Below, in pieces: positions 8,571 to 16,958 of a DNA stretch of 64,000 nucleotides. The translations under genes were made by a program, and so were the position numbers. Source of the stretch: a virus; the IMG/VR virus record IMGVR_UViG_3300005099_000065, positions 15,662 to 79,661 of that record. One strand, written 5' to 3'. Within the stretch, counting starts at the first letter, position 1; each line of letters opens with the position of its first letter. A model generated the notes under the pieces. It was not told the DNA's origin. It ran no database searches and saw nothing but the letters and a program-made list of their open reading frames with translations.

Positions 8571-10915
8571 CACTAAAAATCAGAGCCAAAAATTTAGCAA
8601 CCAGAACATTTGAGGAAGTAAAATCAGGGCTGAACAAGCTGGATAAAAGTTTGTCCAGCCTTGCAAAAACTGTTTTTTCAGTAAAAGGAGCTTTGGGTGG
8701 ATTGATAGCTGTTTTGGGAGCTAGAGAATTAGGACAGACTTTGGTTAAAGCGGGAACTGATTTAGAAACATTCAGAACACAGTTGCAAGCTCTCTACCAA
8801 GGCAATGTGGAATTAGCTGAACAGGCTTTGCAAGCTGTTATTCAATTTGCTGAAAAAACCCCATTCTATACCAAAGACGTTGTAAACGCATTCATTATGT
8901 TAGAGGCGGCTGGAATCAAGGTTTCAAGCAAACTCTTGAAAACATTAGGAGACACTGCTTATTTGTTCAACCGAGACATTTCTGAAGTAGCTAATGCCTT
9001 GATTGGTATGGAAACAGAGGTGTGGAGGAGGCTGGGTGTGGTTATTGACAGAACCGGTAAGAAAGCAGTTATCAGTAGTGGAAATATAAGGATGGAAGTA
9101 GAAAATACTATCGCATCCATCAGAGCAGGGGTGGTGGAATTGTTGGAAAAGAGATTTTCAGGGGCAATGGAGAAAGCCGAGGGCACATATGTTGGAGTTA
9201 TGAGGATACTGGGGTCCATCTGGGATATCTTTTGGATGAAAGTGACTGAAAGCGGAGTTTGGGATTACATCAAAGCAGTGTTTCAAACCTTGCTAGATTA
9301 CATCAACCGTTTTCGTGAACAAGGTAAACTCGATGTATGGGCGAAAAGCGTATCAAATGCTCTCATAGTGGCTTTCAAGACCGGAGTAGAGAGCATTGGT
9401 GTGTTTATACGGGCGATGGATGTGTTGAGAAGTGCTTGGAATGCAGTTAAAGGAGTTATAGCTTTAGCCTTGTCCACAGTTGCCGCAGGTTTGTCTAAAG
9501 TGTTAGGAGGATTGTCCAAAGTGGTGGATATTTTCAGGAGAGACTGGGCTCAATCTCTTAAAAAGGCTTCCGAGGATTTACAAACTGTGCGGACAACTTT
9601 GGTAGAGACAGCTGTTCAATCACTAGATGCATCCAAAAAATACTACAATGACATCTTGAAACACGAAAGAACTTTTGATGAATTTCAAAGAAATGTTGAA
9701 TCAGCTTTTCAAAGAAACATAGAAATGACCCAAAGGCTTCAGGAGGTGGAAACACAAAGAGCCAATGCATTGTCAGAAAGCAACTTGAAACTATTGGAGC
9801 AGCAAGATTTGCAATACAAGAAAGAACAAGAACTGGCTGAAGAGAGAGAAAAATTTGAAGAAGAGAGATTGAAATATTTTGAAAAAATAAAAGAGGAAAT
9901 GATGAGTAAGAGCGAGCTTTATGCCAAGAAGATGGAAGAGGAGATTGAAAAGTACGCACGCACTGAAGAGGAGAAAATGTTGATTCGCAAATACTATGAG
10001 GAGAAAATTGCAGAAGCTAGAGCCCAAGAGATCGAGCAAGAGAAACAAGCAATGGCTGAAAGACTGGGTGTGTGGATTGCTGGCAATAAAGAGCTGATAG
10101 ATGCTACCACAGCTGATTTGGAATACTTGACCCAAAAGGCAAAGGAATTTTCCAAAATCTATGGTGAAGAATTAGCCAAGCCTATGGTGGCTCTCTTGGC
10201 TGGCATTGATATGGCAATCAATGAAATACCAAAGAAAAACGAAATCATAATGAAGATGGGCAAGGATTTGGTCGAAAACTTGCATGAAGGCTTTAAGGGA
10301 ATGTTCAAAGGCTTAGTCACAGAGGGAATCGGAGGATTCAAAGATGCTTGGAAACAAATGCTCAATTCTATCAAAAACACATTCATAGACACTTTTGCTG
10401 AGTTGGCAGCCAGTAGAGCCTTGCATGCGCTGAAGTGGGCGCTCATAAAACTGTTTGAGGACGTTTTGAAGTCAAGAGCCTTGATAGCCTTAGTGAAATT
10501 GCTTGAAAATGTGTTTGGTTTCGATTTAAGCCCTCATTTTGATTTCTTGAAGATGTCTGCCAGTGCTTTCAGACCCACATCGTTGCCGATCCACCGTTCA
10601 CTTGCTTCGCTGAGTGCTTCTTTGTTTGCTCCTGCGTTACCAATGTCAATTGCTGGCATTAGTCCAATTGAAACCAGACCAATGTTTCAAGAAGCCACAC
10701 CACCATCCCAGCCAATCATAACTACCACATTGCCTGCTGCTACTTATGAAGCACAACCTAGAAAACCAACCACAGTGAACCTGAATGTGAAAATATCCAC
10801 ATGGGATTCGGCAACTATGGCCAAAGTCGTGAAAGAAAAAGTTATCCCGAATCTCATTGAAGACATTAGAAACTATGGAGCATTGAGAACAGAAATAACC
10901 AAAGTAACAGCATGA
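8555..10915 (+). CDS. tape measure protein 1
   Basis: N-terminal LTLKIRAKN, tape-measure core FAEKTPF...VVNAFIML, long helical/coiled-coil body and typical C-terminal VNLNVKI. Confidence 0.88.
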   Translation: MEKELTLKIRAKNLATRTFEEVKSGLNKLDKSLSSLAKTVFSVKGALGGLIAVLGARELGQTLVKAGTDLETFRTQLQALYQGNVELAEQALQAVIQFAEKTPFYTKDVVNAFIMLEAAGIKVSSKLLKTLGDTAYLFNRDISEVANALIGMETEVWRRLGVVIDRTGKKAVISSGNIRMEVENTIASIRAGVVELLEKRFSGAMEKAEGTYVGVMRILGSIWDIFWMKVTESGVWDYIKAVFQTLLDYINRFREQGKLDVWAKSVSNALIVAFKTGVESIGVFIRAMDVLRSAWNAVKGVIALALSTVAAGLSKVLGGLSKVVDIFRRDWAQSLKKASEDLQTVRTTLVETAVQSLDASKKYYNDILKHERTFDEFQRNVESAFQRNIEMTQRLQEVETQRANALSESNLKLLEQQDLQYKKEQELAEEREKFEEERLKYFEKIKEEMMSKSELYAKKMEEEIEKYARTEEEKMLIRKYYEEKIAEARAQEIEQEKQAMAERLGVWIAGNKELIDATTADLEYLTQKAKEFSKIYGEELAKPMVALLAGIDMAINEIPKKNEIIMKMGKDLVENLHEGFKGMFKGLVTEGIGGFKDAWKQMLNSIKNTFIDTFAELAASRALHALKWALIKLFEDVLKSRALIALVKLLENVFGFDLSPHFDFLKMSASAFRPTSLPIHRSLASLSASLFAPALPMSIAGISPIETRPMFQEATPPSQPIITTTLPAATYEAQPRKPTTVNLNVKISTWDSATMAKVVKEKVIPNLIEDIRNYGALRTEITKVTA

Positions 10916-10916
10916 G

Positions 10917-13900
10917 ATGGCTGAATTACTTCTTACAGTACGAGCAAAAAATTTGGCTAGTCCTGAGCTCCAACGCATCGCATCTGTTGCTTCCAAACCA
11001 ATAGTGCCTCCCTGGTTAAAAGCAGTTGGTCTGTTTTATCTAGGACATGAATTTAGGCGATTAGCTTCCTCGTACTCAAGCGTGCATTCTCAGTTGGACG
11101 TCTTTTTGGTTCAAATCGCCACTGTGAAAAAGGTTTCGCTAGAAGAGGCATCTCAAATTCTGTTCCAATTGAGAGACTTCGCCAGAACACTGCCATTCAA
11201 GACCTCTGACGTGATTCAGGCTTGGACATTGTTGAACAGTGCTGGATTTCCTGTGGGTATAGAATCCTTAAGACACATTGCTGACACAGCTTTTGTATTC
11301 AATCGTACTATGACAGATGTGGCTCAGGCTATGATAAGCCAAGAAACTGAAGTGTTAAGACGATTAGGTGTCATCATACAAAGAGGACAAAAATCTATCC
11401 GAGTTTCCTCCAAAAATCTCAACACTGAAATTGAAAAATCTCGATATGCTTTGTTCCGAGCCATCCAACAAAGCCAAAAAGCTTATGAAGGAGCATCGTC
11501 CCAAGCTTATCACAATGTGCAAGGTCTGGTAGCCATATTCAGCAGTGAATGGTGGGAGTTTTTGGCCAATGTGAGGATGAAAGGATTTGGCGATTATTTG
11601 ATGGCAACTTTGACCTCTTTATTGCATTGGGTTGAGAGCAAAAGACGAGAAGGCACTTTGGAAAGATGGGCTCAAAGGATATCCCAAACCTTGGTCTCCC
11701 TCACTGCTTTGGCAATGAAAGGATTTCGGATGCTTTTGGAATCTGTTATTGTGGTTGGAGAAGCCTTGAGAGACTTTTTGAAACTCATTATTGATTTCAA
11801 ACAAGCTTTCTCATTGAAACCAACTGAAGTACGAGCATCAGTCCCTTCATTAACCACTCCCGATTTGACTTTGGAAGCCGAGCAAGCTGTTGCCCAGATG
11901 GTAGAGGCTTTGAAAGAGCTTTGTTATTCAAACACAGACTTTCTGCAGCAAGTGGAAAGAAGATACAGAGAAAATCGCAAACTCACTTTGCAACTCATCC
12001 AACTCCGAGCCCAGACAACTCAAATGGCTTCCCAATCCAACTTGGGCACATTAGTTGAACAAGCCGAACAAATCAAAAGGAAACAAGAACAGCTGAAACA
12101 AGCAGAAAAATTAGCCAAAAAGCAAGAGAGCTATTTCTCCAAGCTCTTGGACAAAATGAAAGACACTGCTGTGGGGCTGGAAAAGAGCTATGAGTTGGAG
12201 ATAGAGACATATGCTCGCACAAATGAAGAACAAGAGCTCATACGTGCCAAATTCCACAAGTTGTGGATAGAAGCAATAGAAAAGCGCACTCAACAGATAG
12301 AACAATTCTTGAAGGATCTACCTGGTGACGAAAGACAAATTCAAGAACAAAAGCTTCAACTTGTGATGATTCACATAAAGGAATTGAATCAACTTGTTGG
12401 CTCATATCATGAAAAATTTCTCCAATCTCCTTCAATAGCTGTAGAGGCTTACCAATCTCATTCTGTGGTAGTGATTAAGAGAGCGAAACAATTGTTGAAG
12501 GTTGTGGAAGATTTGCCCTATGTTGAAACAGGTGAACCTTATGCAAAGCTAAGCGAGATTTGGGAAAAATTGTTCATGGCGAAAGTGATAATAATTGAAG
12601 GCAAAAAGTACGAGGGTTTTTTCATAGTTTTGAACAAACTTCCATCTGATTTAAAAACCTCATTGTCCCCCATGGTCGAACAATTAAAGTCGACTTTTTC
12701 AGTCAAGGCTTTGCAAGAATGGTGGAATGAAGTTTGGACAAGTCGAGCCACCCAAATGTTTTTTGGTCTTTTTGACAGACTTTTTCACGCCAAACCAGCA
12801 CCACCTTCATTTTGGAACACCTTCAAGAGAACGCTTTTGAAAGCTTTAGAAGAAGCGGCTAAGAAACTGGTAGCAAAGCTGCTAGTTTCCCTTTTCAGAA
12901 TCACCATTGGAGAATTAGGTTGGTTTATGTTTTCATTGCAAGGTGAAAGGATTGTAATGGCACTGCTTGGATTGTTTGGAATAGACTTGAGTCCTGCTGC
13001 TCAACAAATCGCCAAAGCAGGATGGTTCACAGGTTTCGTGATTCATCCTATTTATGGAGGTTTGGTAGGTGCGTTCATTGGAGCTTTGTTAGGTAAATTG
13101 TTTGATGTGTTTGGATTGTTTAGAGCGTCCAAAACTATTTACAGATTTGTGGGTCCTATTTACAGCATATACATCTCGCCCAGAATCTGGATGGGAGGAG
13201 GAGGAAAGGGATTTGAAACAGCTGTCACAGTCGATCATCTGGTTATTCCTAGTTTGGGAGCTCAATTTGGTTGGAAAATGGCAGTGGCTCAAAGGATATC
13301 CCGAGTGCAAATGTATGTCCAACAATTCATATCATCCAAATTGGGAAGCAACATCCCTTATGCACAAAGTGCTGCATCGATTGCTTACTACAGAGCCATA
13401 GTTAATTCAAATGAATGTGCTCCTGAAGGATATCCTGAAGCTGTATTCATATCAATCCGAAATCCTCAAGAGGCTTTAATCAAAATGGAAAGATTTTTGT
13501 GGCGTTTTGCTGTCTATTACATACAAGAACTGGTTTTTGCTCAATCTGTGTTCAAAGCTCTTCCTCCACAACAAGCTCGTTCTACATATTTGCAATATTT
13601 GCATTATGCCGTAGCCCAAGCCAGGAGATCCTTGCCAATCGTCTCTTCAAGTGGATGGGCTAGATGGCAAGAAAGAGTATATTCCAAATCACTAGGCGAA
13701 GCGTCAAAGCTCGTGATGTCAGCCAAGCGAGAACGCTATTACACCAAAGAGACGTACATGACCCAGATAATGACACCAATCAAATATGCTCCATATCCCT
13801 ACACAGTGATAAGAAGAGTGCCTACTGGTTACAAAACAGTGACATATGAGAGAAAAGTACCCGTGGTCCACCTCAGAGAAATTGGCGAAAGGATTATTCC

Positions 13901-14324
13901 ATTTGAAACACCATGGGGAATAGAGGAAAGACGAATCAAAATTTATGAACAATATATCACATATGAAACCAAGACAGAAGTAAAGAAAATCCCAATTGGT
14001 TATGAAACACGTAAAGTAATCAAATACTTACAACGACCCATAGCATGGAAGGTGAAATATGTGAGACAAACGAGATGGACTCCACTCATATCACCCGAAG
14101 AAATGGAGCTTTTACATCCTCAATATCTGCCAGCAGCTTTGCACAGATTCCATCCTGGTGATTTCCTAGAAGTGTCCTATGGTTCAAAAGCAGAGCTGGT
14201 TGAAAAGATTTTACCCGAACAAACATTTGATGTGAATATTGAAATAACAGACATAGATGGAACGTATGTAGATGAAAGCCTGAGACCCATTGTGAGACAA
14301 ATCATGTCCAGCTTGGGAGGTTAA
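10917..14324 (+). CDS. tape measure protein paralog 2 (extended, with hydrophobic segment and beta-rich C-terminal region)
   Basis: LLTVRAKN, FARTLPF, DTAFVFNR and ETEVLRRLGV align by eye with TMP1. Confidence 0.75.
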   Translation: MAELLLTVRAKNLASPELQRIASVASKPIVPPWLKAVGLFYLGHEFRRLASSYSSVHSQLDVFLVQIATVKKVSLEEASQILFQLRDFARTLPFKTSDVIQAWTLLNSAGFPVGIESLRHIADTAFVFNRTMTDVAQAMISQETEVLRRLGVIIQRGQKSIRVSSKNLNTEIEKSRYALFRAIQQSQKAYEGASSQAYHNVQGLVAIFSSEWWEFLANVRMKGFGDYLMATLTSLLHWVESKRREGTLERWAQRISQTLVSLTALAMKGFRMLLESVIVVGEALRDFLKLIIDFKQAFSLKPTEVRASVPSLTTPDLTLEAEQAVAQMVEALKELCYSNTDFLQQVERRYRENRKLTLQLIQLRAQTTQMASQSNLGTLVEQAEQIKRKQEQLKQAEKLAKKQESYFSKLLDKMKDTAVGLEKSYELEIETYARTNEEQELIRAKFHKLWIEAIEKRTQQIEQFLKDLPGDERQIQEQKLQLVMIHIKELNQLVGSYHEKFLQSPSIAVEAYQSHSVVVIKRAKQLLKVVEDLPYVETGEPYAKLSEIWEKLFMAKVIIIEGKKYEGFFIVLNKLPSDLKTSLSPMVEQLKSTFSVKALQEWWNEVWTSRATQMFFGLFDRLFHAKPAPPSFWNTFKRTLLKALEEAAKKLVAKLLVSLFRITIGELGWFMFSLQGERIVMALLGLFGIDLSPAAQQIAKAGWFTGFVIHPIYGGLVGAFIGALLGKLFDVFGLFRASKTIYRFVGPIYSIYISPRIWMGGGGKGFETAVTVDHLVIPSLGAQFGWKMAVAQRISRVQMYVQQFISSKLGSNIPYAQSAASIAYYRAIVNSNECAPEGYPEAVFISIRNPQEALIKMERFLWRFAVYYIQELVFAQSVFKALPPQQARSTYLQYLHYAVAQARRSLPIVSSSGWARWQERVYSKSLGEASKLVMSAKRERYYTKETYMTQIMTPIKYAPYPYTVIRRVPTGYKTVTYERKVPVVHLREIGERIIPFETPWGIEERRIKIYEQYITYETKTEVKKIPIGYETRKVIKYLQRPIAWKVKYVRQTRWTPLISPEEMELLHPQYLPAALHRFHPGDFLEVSYGSKAELVEKILPEQTFDVNIEITDIDGTYVDESLRPIVRQIMSSLGG

Positions 14325-14326
14325 AT

Positions 14327-14896
14327 ATGGCAACCATAAATTTTTTGGTGGAATGGGAAACAGCATGGGAACCACCTCAAGGACCCAAGCTATTGTCCAG
14401 AGTGTTAACCAACTTGGACAAGAGGATCTTCACTTCGGGTTTTTTGGACAGATTTTGGAACAAAGTGGCAAGGAACATTGGCAGAGCAGTGGCTGAGAAA
14501 TTTGAAACCAAACCAGGTTGGCCTCCATTGAAACCTCGTTACAGAAAATGGAAAGAGTCAGCTGTGGCTCATGGATGGAAAGTGAAAGTGGGAGTTTTCG
14601 GCAAAAAGGTGGCAAAATTCACAGAAATGGGCAAACTGACAGGAATCATGTATGAATCGGCTACTCGCAAAAGACGTTGGGCGAACATTTTTGAAATCCG
14701 AGACGAACCTCACTTTCGCAAAGCCCATTTCAAATATGCCATCGACTTAACCAAACTTCCTTATGCTCGCAAATTTGACACCATTCGACCCTTCTTTTAC
14801 CTCACGGCTGAAGAAGCAAACAAAGTGATGAAAAATCTGCATTTGATTTGCTGGAGAGAAATGAGAAAAGTGATAAAACAACAAATGGGGGTATGA
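14327..14896 (+). CDS. tail completion / virion morphogenesis protein (Mu gpG/HK97 gp10-like)
   Basis: Basic 189-aa protein with WPPLKPRY, GKLTG and RPFFYL patterns; adjacent to the terminator-like gene. Confidence 0.6.
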   Translation: MATINFLVEWETAWEPPQGPKLLSRVLTNLDKRIFTSGFLDRFWNKVARNIGRAVAEKFETKPGWPPLKPRYRKWKESAVAHGWKVKVGVFGKKVAKFTEMGKLTGIMYESATRKRRWANIFEIRDEPHFRKAHFKYAIDLTKLPYARKFDTIRPFFYLTAEEANKVMKNLHLICWREMRKVIKQQMGV

Positions 14897-14897
14897 G

Positions 14898-15335
14898 ATG
14901 GCAAAAGACACCATCAATTACGTGGAACAAGGAATCGAGCAAATCAAAACAGTTTTGGAAAGCGAAAAATCATTCATTCAATACAAAGCTTTGCTTTCGT
15001 CTGATTCTCCTCACCTGACCAAATACCCTACCATCACCATAGAATTTGACAGTGGAGAAGAGGAATGGATATCATTGCCTCGCAAAAAAAGATTACATCT
15101 GACTTATGTGGTGACTGTCTATTATGAAGAGTTTTCTGAAAGCACCAGAAGAGAAAAGGTGAGGCAGTTTTTAAACAATGTAGCAAATGTGTTAAGAGAG
15201 AATTATGATTTCAGTGGTTGGGCTTTGTACTCAGACATCCTGGATGTGACTCCTTACATCATTGCAAGAGGAGAAAAGTTGATAGCAGGAGGAGCGATTC
15301 GAATCACATTGCACAAGGATATAAGCATCAGTTAG
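14898..15335 (+). CDS. tail terminator / neck protein
   Basis: 145 aa with YPTITIEFD, LTYVVTV and NVANVLRENY, a terminator-like fold pattern. Confidence 0.6.
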   Translation: MAKDTINYVEQGIEQIKTVLESEKSFIQYKALLSSDSPHLTKYPTITIEFDSGEEEWISLPRKKRLHLTYVVTVYYEEFSESTRREKVRQFLNNVANVLRENYDFSGWALYSDILDVTPYIIARGEKLIAGGAIRITLHKDISIS

Positions 15336-15428
15336 CAACGAGATGTGTTCAATTTTTGTGTTTAAAAACATTACGCATGTTCTTACATGTACCACTTGGT
15401 TTGATGTGTGGGATTTGCTCAAATCTGC

Positions 15429-16940
15429 TTAAAAATGACGCCAATATTGAGACGAGCCTGGCTGAGGGTTAGACACGATTGGGGTGTCTACTACTTTTTG
15501 GATTTGAACTCGTCGGATTTCTCCCCCTGAATGAGGTATTTCATCTTCATTTAGCGGACGTCTCAATCTTTGTTCCACCTCATAATCTGGCTGTTCTTGC
15601 CACATCAAAATTATCATTCCCAAAGCACTCAAACAGTCCAAACTTTTGCCCTTAGCCGTGCGGGAAATGCGAACGCCCATTTGAGTGGTTTCCATAGTGG
15701 CATTGCGCAATTCCCAAATCAGTCTTTCATGATATGGGAAAGATATCAAACCATTTATAAACAAAGATTTCAAAGCAGGAGCTAATCGATAAGGATTGGG
15801 CTGGAGAACTTTGGCTTCAATCCCTCGCTGTTGTAGCCTTTGGTTCAAAAACACACTTTGCCAAGGGTCACTGATCACTGTCAAATCAGGATACCATTCA
15901 TCTGCCTGTATCACATAATTTTCTATTTCACTGATTTGCACTGGGTCCTCTGTGCTTCCCTTCCAAATTTGAATGTCCTCTAAGGCTATGAAGTCATCTT
16001 TGGTTTTGGCTACAATGGCCACAGCCAAATCATGAGTCAAACCCACATCCAAACCCAACCAATAACGGCACAATGGATCTGGTTTTTTAAATCCCCATTG
16101 CATATCAGGGTTGACTGCTGATTCTATTAGCTCTGGAGACAAAAACTTAGCACCCTGTGTTTTCACCCATTTGTTCAAAATAAGACGTGCAAAAGTAGCA
16201 TCATCCATATTGTCCCGACAATTACGCAACCAGTTGTCTGTTATCCAGGGAGGTTTTAACATTGGATTGGTGTAAAGATCCTCTGGTTCCCAATAATACC
16301 AGTTGGAAGGACAATTTTTGCGACATTTTTCCCTGATTTCCCAACAAATCCCTCTCTGGTCTTCACCAGCATTGGTGATGAGAATTCCCTTGGCGTGAGG
16401 TTTGATAGCCGAAGCAAACATGGCGTCAAACAGCTTGCGGTCTGGCTGATTCCAAAATTCATCAAACACGTACAAATCTGGATTGTATTGGTGGGTGAGC
16501 TCATATTTGGAACTCAAAACCTTCAATTGAATCCCTCGAGCAGGAAAGTCTATTTTGCCCACCTTGGCTTCTAAAACACCATGAAAATTCGGGTTGTATT
16601 CTATCAGCCTTCTGGCTTTGTTCCAAAGATATGCCGCCTGCTCTTCAGAACCACCCAAGAAATATCCCTCCCAAGCAGGATATTTCAGCCCATCTAAAAA
16701 CAATCGAGTAACAGCCTCATATGCAACCAAAGTTGATTTACCACTCTTTTTAGGCAACTGAATGTAATAAAGGGAATAACGAGGATCATCCAGCGGCTTT
16801 AAAATTTTGCGATATTGCCAGTCAGTAACACAATCTTTCAACAACTGTCCATTGTCCAAGACCCATTGCTCAAGACGAAACTTCATGTAATTTCTCTTGT
16901 ATTCTTTGAGTAATTCGGCTGTGATACGAGGTGGACGCAT
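15429..16940 (-). CDS. terL: terminase large subunit
   Basis: Walker A PKKSGKST, Walker B YVFDEF, coupling motif ITNAG, nuclease LGLDVG and DCLSALG. Confidence 0.88.
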   Translation of the reverse strand: MRPPRITAELLKEYKRNYMKFRLEQWVLDNGQLLKDCVTDWQYRKILKPLDDPRYSLYYIQLPKKSGKSTLVAYEAVTRLFLDGLKYPAWEGYFLGGSEEQAAYLWNKARRLIEYNPNFHGVLEAKVGKIDFPARGIQLKVLSSKYELTHQYNPDLYVFDEFWNQPDRKLFDAMFASAIKPHAKGILITNAGEDQRGICWEIREKCRKNCPSNWYYWEPEDLYTNPMLKPPWITDNWLRNCRDNMDDATFARLILNKWVKTQGAKFLSPELIESAVNPDMQWGFKKPDPLCRYWLGLDVGLTHDLAVAIVAKTKDDFIALEDIQIWKGSTEDPVQISEIENYVIQADEWYPDLTVISDPWQSVFLNQRLQQRGIEAKVLQPNPYRLAPALKSLFINGLISFPYHERLIWELRNATMETTQMGVRISRTAKGKSLDCLSALGMIILMWQEQPDYEVEQRLRRPLNEDEIPHSGGEIRRVQIQKVVDTPIVSNPQPGSSQYWRHF

Positions 16941-16958
16941 TTATAATTATTATAAATG
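16938..16958. promoter_or_regulatory. perfect palindrome joining two divergent start codons, with a TATAAT on each strand
   Basis: CATTTATAAT-T-ATTATAAATG. TATAAT at 16942-16947 (+) and 16949-16954 (-), each 8 nt from its ATG. Confidence 0.6.

Noticed and set aside
15218-15785. Plus-strand ORFs 15218-15472 and 15570-15785
   Set aside because: They overlap the terminator-like gene or terL and have no supporting signals.
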